From NCBI GenBank assembly GCA_965113315.1, contig OZ220364.1: a stretch of 64,000 nucleotides of DNA. One strand, written 5' to 3'. The notes under the pieces are model-generated. The model was not told the DNA's origin, did no database searches, and was given only the letters and a program-made list of their open reading frames with translations. This stretch comes from Podarcis vaucheri (taxonomy: Eukaryota). The translations under genes were made by a program, and so were the position numbers. Shown piece after piece: positions 52,001-64,000 of the stretch. How positions within the stretch are numbered: the first letter of the stretch is position 1; each line of letters opens with the position of its first letter.

Positions 52001-54764
52001 TACATTTTACTCAATTTCATTTTCACTTATGATGGATAGCCCACATTATCCATGGCTACATCAAAGAAGATTCCAATGTTGTCTTGGTGCTTTTCTTTTT
52101 TTGCAAGTTGGTAGCTATGCGGTTCTTCTAAATTATGGCATTACATTTGTCAATCTCATACAATGATAATGAAATAATGTATACATTCTATCTTAGAGTG
52201 ACTATGGAGTTTTTTTTTAGAGGGCTGGGTGCCCAATCTTTTTAAAGCAAAGTATCAATATAAAAGAAAAAGAAAAAAGGATGCAAAGCCTTTTTTTTAG
52301 CCTGTTTTTTTTTAAAAAAGCTTCAAGTTCAAAATACTGGCTTCTGTGATTTGTTTTATTATTGCATACACAAAAAGAACTTCACATACGTTGATCAGTA
52401 GTAGGCCTACATAAAAATATAAACAAGCACATGAGTGGGAAATGGCCATATAGTGAAGAGCATGGAGACATCTTTCCCTAACGATTTCTATTGAATAGAC
52501 TATTTGAGATCTGCTTAGATGAATGTCGCAGTTACCCCATGAGATGACATTCCTTTGAAATGAGTGCTTGAAAGATGTACCAAAGCCCAAACATTTCAGT
52601 GTGTGTGTGTGTGTGCTAACACTGAACTAAATTCTCCAAGTATGGCTTACTTGCATTGCCAAATTGAGACCCTCTACATAGGAGGTAAGTATCAGCAAGC
52701 TTGAGGAGACCCCAACATTTGCAGAAGTACAAAAAGGTTGGGTAAGAACCTGAGGGGCAGGGAGAAGCCAAGTAACCCATTGTGGTCTGAGCATTCCCAT
52801 GGCCGCAGAATGTTGACTGACAGTTGAAGGTGGGTAGGAAGCCAGAGGGAGAGACTCCCATTTGTTCAAGATCACACTCCCTATGCTCTCTATACCCTTT
52901 AATGGTGAATGCTACCTAGTGGTCCTCTTTAGTGACCAGTAGCTGTCGTAGCCACGTAATGTATGTGAGTATAATAGCCAGGCAGAAACAGGAATATCCC
53001 TGTTACTGCTCTCTATGACATTTCCCAAATGGTGCACAGAGGGGGCAAACACTTTCCATATGATGCTATCAAGCATGAACGACATGGGATACCTCTGCTT
53101 GCTGCTGCTGTTCTTCATTTCAATGGCAGGTATGTTTTACAAGGCAATATACAGCAGGCTGCTATTCCTGTGTCTCCATTCCTCTTCCTCCAGCAATTTT
53201 TTTTTAACCTTCTGTTTCAACTGATGTAGCAGACAGCGCAGTGAGTTTTATATCTGCCACAACATCCTAGAGAGCTTTTGGCATATTTCTTAACTACAAG
53301 CAGATTTTTTTAGCCTGTGCCCACCATGTTTTAAAAATTCTTTTCCACCCACAGAAAACTTATATATATGTATATAAATATGTGAAGGCGGAGAGGAAAG
53401 CAAGGTATATGGGTGAACTTCTCATTCTTCACCACATGTACCACAATTGTGCTGTTGTCAGAAATAATAAATCCTTGGAACACTCAATTGAGGATGAATT
53501 ATACTGATTTCGCTGTCAAACACTTCCAAAGCAGGCCACTATGGGGTTTGTTTTGTAAAGAAAATCTATTGCAAAGCACACGTTTACGAAAGCAGCAAGA
53601 ATGCTGTGGAATCTGCTTTCGTTTAAGCCCAGGGACGGTGTATAGTGTTTCACCAGTGGAAATGCCTAGATATATTTTAGTAATTTGGCAGGTAAAATCA
53701 TCAGGCACTCTCAGCCTCTTCTGCTATCAGGGAAGCTCGGTTGAATTCAGTCACATTTGGGAAAAGAATGAATGGGTGCTGCATCAAAAAGTATATTCAA
53801 AAGGGAGAGTCAATGGACGTGAACATAAAGGCTACTGTAACATCCCTAATAAGTGCAGCTGTCTGTATTGCACACATGGTAATAGAGAAGTTGAGCAATT
53901 CTGGAACATGGTCTTTCTAATAGCTGAACCAAGGGATGCTAAGATGTGAAAAATCTAGATATTTTAGGAAGAATGCTCTCCCTAGGGCAGAGGTTGTCAA
54001 CCTTTTTGAGTCCACAGCTCCAACTACATTCTTTCCCCTTTGGGGAAACATGCTCCAAGCCTCAGGATCCAGTTATGTCACCCCTTTCCTGCAGAGTTGG
54101 CAGCCCCTCACCCCTTTTCAAACACCCTCCCTTGTGATGTGTTCCCTCAGCCTTCTCTTCCCTCTCCTTGGGAGTCCTCCAGGCAGCAGCTGCCACTCCC
54201 CTGGTCTCTGAGCCGCCCCAAAGAGAGGTGTCTGCTCACGCCACCCCACTGAATAATTATTTACAGTATTTGCCATATGTTCCAAGTGTCCCGATTTTCC
54301 AGGAACAGTGCTGGAACTATGAAAGCCGTCTGATTTGACCCTAGAGTGTCCCTCTTCCCCCTGCCACTACTGCTACCGCTTGTCCTGAGCAGTGGTAGCA
54401 GCTGTGAGGAAGCACCCCGTCGCCTCTCCAAGACATCTCTATGGTCTCCGCTGCTGGCCTCCCCCCTTGGGCAGCTTGCAGTGGCTGCTGGTCAGTGGGT
54501 GAGGAGGAGGAGACCCGGCCCTGTGTGATGTGCTGACTCTGAGGGGCAGGCAGAAGGCAGGGCCATCCTGGGTGGTAAGAAAGGGGGAGCGGAGCACAAG
54601 GAGTCTTGTTTTTTTTTTTAAAAAAATGCTTTGTGTATCTACATCTAATCTTGCCCCTTTCTAAAATTTATTTATTGGTGTGTATTTTTCTCATTGTAAC
54701 AACTGACGAATAATAAAATGTAATTACTGTATGTCAGTTCCTAAGCTTCTTTCATTCTCTAGCA

Positions 54765-54901
54765 CAGGCATAGGCAAACTCGGCCCTCCAGATGTTTTTG
54801 GGACTACAATTCCCATCATCCCTGACCACTGGTCCTGTTAGCTAGGGCTGATGGGAGTTGTAGTCCCAGAACATCTGGAGGGCCGAGTTTGCCTATGCCT
54901 G
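54765..54901. mobile_element. Young palindromic hAT MITE (137 bp)
   Basis: Near-perfect arms caggcataggcaaactcggccctccagatgtt.../...aacatctggagggccgagtttgcctatgcctg and a perfect 8-bp TSD CTCTAGCA (54757-54764 and 54902-54909). Confidence 0.93.
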
Positions 54902-55358
54902 CTCTAGCATCACACCAAAAGGGTATAGGGAAAACATTGCTTCTCCACCATTATGGACTTAAGTTGGTTGTTTGCAATTTTGGCAAGTTACAAAGAGTAT
55001 TGTGTATTAGTTGTGACCTATTTCAGCCCGGCTAATGTGTTTCATATCCTCACTGCACTTGTGTTGTTATTATTATTACTATTATTGTTGTTGTTATTTA
55101 TATACTGCCCTATGCCCACAGGTCTCAGGGTGGTTCACAGAATAAAATCAGAATATAAAACCACAGAATACATAATAAAAACAATAACCCCCCAACACAT
55201 TTTAAAAGGGCATAGGATGTAAATCATGTCGCAGTTTATAGATTTCAGTGGATTAGAGGATCAGTGGATCAGTTCTGAGTATCATGTCTTCTGCTTCCCC
55301 ATTGTACCATGTACCAATGAAATGATAAATTATTTTAAACCAAGAGGCTATCAGTATG

Positions 55359-55393
<35 letters not shown>

Positions 55394-56806
55394 TTTCATT
55401 TATATATATACATTACAATTATTTTGCCAAGTTTTACAATTTTCAGTTTCAACCCCCTTCTCCCTCTTTCTGCGGTTCCTTTCATTTATTTTCATCCTTT
55501 CCTGCATACTCCAAATTGTCTTAACTTATTCTTCTATTCGTCTGTTCTGATATATATCTCATATATATTTTTTAAACTGCAGGTTTTTACAATGATCCTG
55601 CCAGTATATAGTTATTATAAGTGCACCATTGAAAATTGATTTCAATAGAATCTTACCAGGCACACCTACAATTATCTTTCTGAGAAGCTATATAAACACA
55701 ACTGCTCTGTCCTTTAAAAAGAAAGATATGCACAACCCTGCCCTGCTTTGAGAGGCTACAGGATGAAGGTAGATTAGAAAAAGGGAAATCTCAGCATTGC
55801 AGTTTACATTAAAATCTTGCTGGGATTGAATTAATGACTTCTTGTTTCAACATGGCTTAGAACTAAAGATCAGGGTACTTCAGGATAGATGGCTCTTAGC
55901 CAACCCAGTAAGTACCTTATGTTTGTATTGAACATTGAGTATCACTGAACAATTTAGTGTGGTGCTATCTCCTGCACAGATTAGAAACTGCTGCATTTTT
56001 AAAAACAAATATTAAATGAATGAATGACTAGCAGTAGAAAATGACAACAAGCGAGTAAGCTGCTTTAAAGGAATTTACTCTTAACAGCTAATCTCTATAA
56101 ATGCAAGCATCCTTATTATAAAAATACAGGAACATGCATTTTCATACAAAATATGTGGGATCTCTGTACATAATTGCTGGTATATGTGTAATAAGTGCAC
56201 ATTTGTCTCCCCAGTACCTCCAAAATCTGTTCTTTTGTCATGGGACAGCTGGCATTTACCAGCACCGAACTGCCCATATTTTTAAACAGAACATGTAACG
56301 TTAGTCCTTGAAGAGATGTTTTATCAACATGTGTTAAGTAGTGCTTTTTATGACGTTGTTGTTGTTGTTGTATGCTGCCCGTACAAATATATCTAGCATT
56401 GATTTGTGGCTCTTTTTCAGACAGATCTGCACATTAACTTTTTTCGCTTTAGAGGGTAGTGACTTTCTCAACAACCAAGTTTACTCGGATTATGCTTCTA
56501 ACATAGTTCAGCTTTTAGAGTGGTAAATGACCTCAATTATTTTGAACTGCATTTCATAGGTACCATTTTTAGGAAGATAAACACATTGTCAATTTTTTTT
56601 CTAGGAATCAGGACATACCTAAACTTGCTTTTTATATCATGTTGAAGTAGCTAACCATTTTGGTAGCTCAGCAAATAAATCTCTGAATGAGTGAGTGAGT
56701 GAGTGAGTGATTCTAAAGCATCTTTATGCAGATAGGTGATACTTTTAAAAATAAAATACTGATTTAGAACATATTAATATATCTACTGGTATGAATATAT
56801 ACAATA

Positions 56807-57124
56807 CAGTGGTGCCCCGCAAGACGGAAAACTCGCTAGACGAAAGAGTTTTCCGTTTTGGAGGTGCTTCGCAAAACGAATTTCCTATGGGCTTGCTTCG
56901 CAAGAGGACAATGTCTTGCGAGTTCCTGCTGGTTTTTTTTCCTCCCCCCCCTTTCCTAAGCCGCTAAGCCGCTTATCAGCTGATCCGATCAGCAGATAAG
57001 CCGCTAAAAGCCACTAATAGCGCTAATCCGCTAATACTTCAATGGGCTTGCTTCGCAAGACGAAAAAACCACTAGACAAAGAGAATCACAGAACGGATTC
57101 TTTTCGTCTTGCGAGGCACCACTG
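56807..57124 (+). mobile_element. Tc1/mariner (pogo/Tigger-like) MITE, copy 1
   Basis: TA|cagtggtgccccgcaagacg...cgtcttgcgaggcaccactg|TA. Confidence 0.92.
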
Positions 57125-58184
57125 TATATCTTTTAGGGATATAGATGCATGAAAGGTTGTAGGTCCTGCTTTCCATCTTTCCTGTGTTCATGTAATGCAA
57201 CTTTCTCCATACTTGGGTGCCCAAAAGGTAATGAACTCCGATCATTCCCAGGTCACTGTTATTCATCATTTATTAGACCATTTTATTCCAGCAGGCTTTT
57301 GTAGTATATGGCAAATGCTGCATCTATGCTTGGTCTTGACAGCTAGTTTCACCTCCTTGGCTGATGGTTTTATTATATTATCATGTTCCATGAAATGGCC
57401 GCTTTGAATGTTGTAAGACACCCTGGGTGATGCTTTTGCACCAGGAGGGCAAGATATAGAGGCTTTAATGAATAAGTTTCCAGCTCATGTCTCCTCTTCC
57501 TTTGCGAAAGGACAGGCATGCTGGCAAAACCCAAGACAAACCTCGTTGTGAACTCCGCTGTACATATCGCCAAAATGAAATAAGAGGTGGGGGAGGTTTT
57601 CCCTCTGCTTCAGAGTGGGTTGGATGGTTTGGAAAGGATTGGAAAGGAAATGAGCCAAACTGTGACAATTTCCTCTCTCCACCCCCACTTTATATTAAGT
57701 CTAAACTGTTAAAATGTACTTAGAACTCTTCAGTTAATTCCCTGCAGTAATCCATTTAGCTTCCCTCAAAATGCCACATCATTCTAGGGGTATCCTAGCT
57801 GTGGTGGGGAGAATGGCAGGTTGTAGCCACTGTGGGGAGATTGCTGCTGACAAGCTACTTCTCACCACTATGGCAAGTGCCCCCACCCTACCAAGAATGG
57901 GGTGGCAGATTTCATTGGAGCCCTAGTATTTGTATTATTGATGTACTATTAATTCTAGACATTGAAATCCAATCCAATTTGGGTGGAAGAGGGAGAGGAA
58001 GGGAGAGATTGGCCAAAAATTGCCTCTCCCATCCGCTAGCCATTCTCCAACAGTAGCTTCTGCTGGATCAGAGCCTGTTCTGCAAATGGAAAGAGGACTC
58101 CTGGATTCAACCCTTTCTTATAGTTATTGTTGTATTTATTTAATATGTTTGCGTCCCACCTCGAGGCATTGTCAATGAGAGCTC

Positions 58185-58232
58185 TTAGGTGGCCTCCCAT
58201 CCAAGCACTGATGAGAGCTGGACGTGTTTGGA
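58185..58232 (-). mobile_element. 5S rRNA-derived fragment (SINE3-like head relic)
   Basis: The reverse complement reads cagtgcttggatgggaggccaccta, matching the 5S C-box region. Confidence 0.55.
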
Positions 58233-58360
58233 TTGCATCCTGTGCTCCGAGAAACTAACAACAGAGCATCCTTTAGTGCAGTAATAAATGGTCCAAACAG
58301 GTAGTTAGGTGTCAAAGGTGTAAAAAGAAGAAGAAAAGAAATAAATTGAGGGAAGAGCCA

Positions 58361-58538
58361 GGAAGAGCCATAGCTCAGTGGTAGAGAACATGCTTTAAAT
58401 GCAAAAGGTCCCAAGGTTCAGGCCATGATGGCTTCAGATCAGACTGGGAAAGAAGCCCTGCAGGGCTGCTGCCAGTGAATGTCGATGAGCTAGACAGATC
58501 AATGGTCTGACTCAGAATAAGGCAGCTTCCTAGGTTCC
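58361..58538 (+). mobile_element. tRNA-headed SINE with LINE-derived tail (squamate Squam2-like; family name from memory)
   Basis: tagctcagtggtagag A box, degenerate B box, tail aatggtctgactcagaataaggcagcttcctaggttcc. Confidence 0.75.
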
Positions 58539-59123
58539 CAAGCATCTGCATTTAGTCTGTAAGTTATTTCCAGATAGTCTGTGATGAACCCTAGGCCAGC
58601 AGAGCTCTAGCAGAAAGGGGATGTTTGCCTAGGATGCCAGCTCTGCATGAGGTTGCTAGCTGCTGGGCACACCCGCTGGCACTGCCCTAAGCTCCTTCCT
58701 TTTGCGTTCTGCCAATGTGGCCAATGACTCGGCTACTAGTTGCTAGGAAATGACAACACATATGTCCCAAAACACAGTGGTAGGAAACAACACAGTCCCA
58801 CCCCACACTTATTATCGGTCAATAGAGAAGGCTCAGCACAGTGCCATTTAATGCCCCTACCATGTTGTCAGCATCAATGAAATGTTTCCTGACTCATCCA
58901 TTAAAAGGAACAACTATATTCATGAACCTGGCTGTACAGGAAATTAACGGCTTGGGAGCTGTAAGTTTGAGTCATTGCCTTTTAAAAGTGCAACTGATTT
59001 GTAGGACGCTGACAAATATTAACTAGCTTGGGGTTTAGCTATTGAACTCTGAAGCTCTGGTATATTGGCGGATTGTAGAATGTGCAGAAGAAGAATGTGC
59101 TGCTGGCTCCAGAAGGGCTGTGT

Positions 59124-59154
<31 letters not shown>

Positions 59155-60357
59155 AACATTTAAAAAACAAACAAACCTATGTTTGTTTTATTGCTCTTGA
59201 GAAGCACAAGAAATATACATATATTTTCTCACACTAAATCCTGCAGCATTGCTTTGTTTTTGCCACTGAGGTTCAAAAGAAAATTAGTATTCCATTCACT
59301 AGTGCTGCTAATTCTTCTGAAAATCAGTTCAATTAAATTACTATGACCTGAAAAGCAGGAAACATTCATAATTGCCGTTTATTATGCTTCATATGGCAAT
59401 GACTTTTCAAAGCGTGGTGTGTTGGGGGAAATGAATTCTGGGGAGACATTCCAAAGGCACATAAAACCCTATGCAGTCTTCCTAAAAAGGTTGTAAAATA
59501 CAACATATAAACAATAAAAGAGGCTTGAGTAAGAGGACAGGCTATGTTCTGTTTCTTCAAAGCAAACTCTTGGTCCAGCCACTATTCCCATGAAGTGTGT
59601 GTGGGAGCATTTTCTTCTGTTCTCTCCCATCAAAGAATCACATGGGACATTTGTTGATTTTATCATGATGCAGTTTGAGTCTATGGCCTCAGCTACACAT
59701 CTGAAATATTATAGCTAAGCTGTACCTTGCAAGTTAATGCTGCAGCTGTATTATGAGCCAAAAGCTTAAGATATCAAAAAGAATGGAACACCTGGGAAAA
59801 TAGTAATAAATCCAGTCCTGCCATTTTTAAACAAGAAAAAATTCCATTAAAATGGTAGGTGTTCTACCTGAATGCAGACAAGCAGGAGCAGGTCCACTGA
59901 TTCTGCCTGATCTTCTATTTCCTATTTAATCCAGTTGTTTTTTTTTAAAAAATCATTAAAATACTTAAGAGTGACACCACACAAAACAGCAATTTCTTGC
60001 TTTTCCTCATTACTTTGAAATGAGAATAATTTAAGCTTTGCAGAAATCAGTCCCAGGATTTGAATTGTCCTTTGGAGTCAAACATTGCACAGTACCATTC
60101 AGTAGAAAAATAATCTGCACATGGAATGTTTTCTAGATAATCCATTGTATAATTGTTTCATCACAGATTTTAATTTCTTCCCATGCAGTGTGGATGTTAT
60201 AAGAAACATAAAGTCTCTTTGATTTATCCACTATAAACTTACCACTCTTCTGCATATTTAATGTGAAGCCTGTCATCAAAATGAGATCTCAAAAGTATTA
60301 CATTGCTGTGCATTAGTAAGGGAAGTTTTCCCCATCTTATTCCAAGGCCAGTAATTC

Positions 60358-60493
60358 CAGTGCTATTTTTCTAGGGAAAAAAGGTGCCGGAACTCACCAT
60401 GAACAGCTGCCTTGTTCTCTTACAATGGCAATGGCATCCACCTGAGAGGGGCCAGAACTGAGTTCCTGTGAGTTCCAGCTGAAAAAAGCCCTG
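60358..60493. mobile_element. hAT MITE (136 bp)
   Basis: cagtgctattttt...aaaaaagccctg TIRs and a perfect 8-bp TSD AGTAATTC (60350-60357 and 60494-60501). Confidence 0.88.
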
Positions 60494-60508
60494 AGTAATT
60501 CTAAGATA

Positions 60509-60948
60509 GTTGTTGTTGTTGTTGTTTAGTCGTTTAGTCATGTCCGGCTCTTTGGGTCCCCATGGACCAGAGCACGCCAGGCACTCCTGTCTTCCACTGC
60601 CTCCCGCAGTTTGGTCAATCTCATGTTTGTAGCTTCAAGAACACTGTCCAACCATCTTGTCCTCTGTTGTCCCCTTCTCCTTGTGCCTTCAATCTTTCCC
60701 AACATCCAGGTCTTTTCCAGGGATTCTTCTCATAAGGTGGCCAAAGTATTGGAGCCTCAGCTTCAGGATCTGTCCTTCCAGTGAGCACTCAGGGCTGATT
60801 TCCTTCAGAATGGATACGTTTGATCTTCTTGCAGTCCATGGGACTCTCAAGAGTCTCCTCCAGCACCACAATTCAAAAGCATCAATTCTTCTGCGATCAG
60901 CCTTCTTTATGGTCCAGCTCTCACTTCCATACATCACTACTGGGAAAA
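60509..60948 (-). mobile_element. RTE Bov-B LINE, 5'-truncated 3' end
   Basis: ORF 60689..60937 MYGSESWTIKKADRRRIDAFELWCWRRLLRVPWTARRSN...YFGHLMRR is the Bov-B C-terminus. It has a (CAA)n tail and a frameshift after LMRR. Confidence 0.93.
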
Positions 60949-62792
60949 GATTGTTACCTGCTCACAATGATGATTTCTGTAACCTTGTTAAGAAAAGCTG
61001 AGCACTGCCCCATGTAGCATCACTAAATCACCCCATGTACAGTAGCATCACTAAAGCTTCTCAGGGAATAACCTTCTGAACTGACTCCACCCAGGCTGAC
61101 CATTAACTCTGCCTGAGCAGGAAATGGAGCAAGAGCACTTCCTGACTCAGTGGTCTTTTTCGTGGTATTTTCTCTCTTGGTATTCTCTCTCCAGTGCATT
61201 TTGACTTGTTCTTTGGGCCTGACTCTTAGCTTGTGATCTGGTATGGCTTTCTCATTTCCCCTTTGATCTTGTTCTTTTGGTAGGGCGTGGGAGGGGCTGC
61301 ATGAGGAAGGAGAATATTCACCTTCCCCTCCCCTCTCTATGCATGGAAGGCTTTGCTGGATCAAAGAGCTTTCTGTTAGCAGAACAGACACCATTAAATA
61401 GTGTCTGTCCTTACATTGGGAAGGCCTGTGAATGTTACCATTATAAGCTGGGTGTAGGCTGGTTGTTAAAAGATGTTTGTTTGTTTTTTGTGCCTTGATG
61501 TGGATACTACACTACCCTCCAACACATGCTTACATTCGAGATTTAGACCCAGTTCAGACATCACATTATCAGTCCTTGAAGCTGAAGTCTGGAGGACCAG
61601 AAACCCGCCTCCCTCTTCCTTAGCATGCAGATATCACCCGGTGTTGGGATTTCATCCACAAGGAGAGCCATTCAACGAGAGGTTCCAGCTACGTGTGGAA
61701 TCCAACATCGTCATGCTTTTTCATCTCTGCATTTCCAAGTGGCTGAAGGAGCATGATAACAGTTCCCCACATGGATGAAGCCAACAGATTACTGGCTCTT
61801 CACACTTTCCAGCCACCACAAGAGACATTTTCAAGCCAATTGGAAAGTAGCCGTCTCTATCTAGTTCCCATATGTTGGCACAGTATTACTCAGAAACTAT
61901 TCCTGGACCCTGCCTTTAAACCTCTTGTTCCGGAAAATGAATGGTTGCAGTATTTTTGTTTTCCCTGGCCAGTTTGCGGAAGGCAAGTTGCACTGAGGGC
62001 AATTGGCTTCTGCTGTGTCGCGTAAGGCTAGCTTTATCTTGCCCTGTTAAAGCAAATTTCTTACGTGAGGGGGAGAGATAAATTAAATAAAAATGAGGAA
62101 GACATGGAATCAAACTTGTGCAGAACCAATGTAATAAAACAATTTAGAATTTGATATCAGTATTCTATCCCCAAACTACATGCATTCTCGTGGTTGCTGT
62201 TTTTTATCATCTGTTAAAATGAATTATTCAGACTGGAAAAACAAGGGTCAACAGCATAAGGCCAGCAGGCTCAGAAAAGGGCCCTGAATAAATAGCCTGC
62301 TGTGGAGAGGACCTCGCCAAACTGGGAAAGACTAGTGTAGGAATTTAGCTTGGAAAGGAAGCAGGTCATGCAAGATGCACTAGTAGCTCTTTCAATGCTT
62401 TATGGTCCCTTTAGCCTTAACTATGGCACCAATAACAGCCCTTTACTTGAGAGTAAGCCCACAGTGGAGACAGCCACAAGAAGTGGCTGCAAAAACTAAG
62501 TAAATCTGCATAGAAGTCAGTTCCACTGAAAAAAATGTTAATTCTACATAAAGGCATTTAGAATTGAAAGCAGAAGTCAGTTTGTAGCCTCATGTTGGGC
62601 TTACCTTATTTGTAGAGTGGCATGTTGATTTCTATTTGTTGTCCACGTTCCTTCTGAGGTGCTAACCCTGAGAGATTTTCTTTCTTTCTTTTTACAATTG
62701 TTTCCCGTTTTAAAAAGCATTGAATTGTAAATTATTAAATGAAAGCATAAAAAGCCTACAAAACAAACCCCTGTTCTTTATTATTTCACCAG

Positions 62793-62854
62793 CTGTTGGT
62801 ATCCAGATGAAACTTGAGTTTTTCCAGAGGAAATTTTGGACTGCTAGCAGACAG
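62793..62854 (+). CDS. CACNA2D3: CACNA2D3 exon (62 nt): (A)VGIQMKLEFFQRKFWTASRQ
   Basis: caccag acceptor, gtatgt donor. Phase-1 join with the exon ending at 24928. Confidence 0.97.
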
Positions 62855-63580
62855 GTATGTTACAGTTGAGTATTGGATAGCTTTATCCCACGAAGAGAAG
62901 AAGAGGTAAAGATCTTGGCAGAACCTGTGCTGCATTTTTCCCCCAATGAAACAATGGTTTCCAATGAATTATGGTTAAATAGAAAATCTAAAGACTCCCT
63001 GCTAGATAAAGCCCATCAGTTTAGTCACCCCAGTCACCTCATCCAATAAAGTCCAAAGTGGTACTCCAAACCAGGACTGCATGCAAAACAGAGCCTGTCT
63101 ATAGGCACTTTTAAGAAGGCGATTTAACAAAATGCAAGGTATATCTTCCACATCAATATTTCTGACCAACTGAAAGCCCAGAGGGAGGGGAAGGCACAGC
63201 TACTGCTACTGCCCACCAAGGAGGGAGGAAGAGGGGTGGAAGTGGTGGAGACTCTGTGGTAGCATCACTGCCTCTCTCCTCCACTGTGCTCTGTGCTCTG
63301 GCACGCGAGGAACTGTGGGGAGGCTGTTTCCTTGTGCAATGGCCCAGTGCTACCAGCCAGCCGCAGCACCACTCCTGGGTCAAGTGGAAGCAGCAGAGGA
63401 GGGGCATTAACAGCCTCACCACCTCTCTTCTCCCCTGGGCTCCGGCGTGTGAGTGCATCCCCCGTGCCACTTTGTGAGGCTGGGTCAGACAGTCTGATCG
63501 CAGCCTCGCAAAGCCACGCAAGATAATTATTTTAATTATCCCTTGTAGTCCAAACCTGATTGCCTTATGCTTTCATCATA

Positions 63581-63912
63581 CAGTGGTGCCCTGCAAGACG
63601 AATGCCTCGCAAGACGGAAAACTCGCTAGACGAAAGAGTTTTCCGTTTTGGAGGTGCTTCGCAAAACGAATTTCCTATGGGCTTGCTTCACAAGACAACA
63701 ATGTCTTGCGAGTTCCTGCTGGTTTTTTTCCTCCCCCCTTTTTCTTAGCCGCTAAGCCGCTTATCAGCTGATCCGATCAGCAGATAAGCCGCTAAAAGCC
63801 GCTAATAGCGCTAATCCGCTAATCCGTCAATGGGCTTGCTTCGCAAGACGAAAAAACCGCTGGACAAAGAGAATCACAGAACGGATTCTTTTCGTCTTGC
63901 AAGGCACCACTG
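63581..63912 (+). mobile_element. Tc1/mariner (pogo/Tigger-like) MITE, copy 2
   Basis: TA|cagtggtgccctgcaagacg...cgtcttgcaaggcaccactg|TA. Nearly identical to 56807-57124. Confidence 0.92.
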
Positions 63913-64000
63913 TACTTGGACAGACATTTCTCCTTGCAGACACAATCTTTTTTTATTGGCTCACTCTCTTCCTCTTTGCCCACCTCTAGCCTGCCTCTCA

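Noticed and set aside
53413-53949. 178-aa ORF on the + strand
   Set aside because: Non-ATG start, no recognisable domain, no fit to the CACNA2D3 exon chain (24928 joins 62793 directly). Likely a chance intronic ORF.
58361-58440. Possible tRNA gene
   Set aside because: The B box and acceptor stem are degenerate and the sequence runs into a SINE body and tail, so it is not a functional tRNA. The same applies to 18320-18357.
1-64000. CRISPR arrays, prokaryotic operons or intact transposase/RT genes
   Set aside because: The DNA is vertebrate intron/exon sequence with no regular repeat-spacer array and no long transposon ORF.

Overview
Vertebrate (squamate, most likely lacertid lizard, inferred from Sauria SINE, Bov-B, L2 and CR1 content) genomic DNA lying entirely inside the CACNA2D3 gene (voltage-gated calcium channel subunit alpha2/delta-3, + strand). 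Eleven consecutive internal coding exons (885 nt, 295 codons, all GT-AG, phases join without a stop) run from 7711 to 62854. The complete three-exon gene LRTM1 (346 aa: signal peptide, LRRs, one TM helix) is nested antisense in the 37.9-kb intron 24929-62792, an arrangement also known in mammals. The rest is intron carrying many transposon relics. These include three Sauria SINEs, a Bov-B 3' end, CR1 and L2 3' ends, tRNA- and 5S-headed SINEs, hAT and Tc1/mariner MITEs with intact TSDs, and several solo LTRs, one nested in another. I see no convincing novel protein-coding system. The best leads are transposon-gene interactions around LRTM1 (a sense LTR in intron 2 plus an in-frame intronic stop, and an LTR nest upstream), a 5S/CR1 chimeric SINE, and inverted L2 copies bracketing a CACNA2D3 exon block. 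Gene and repeat identities come from recalled sequences, not from database searches.
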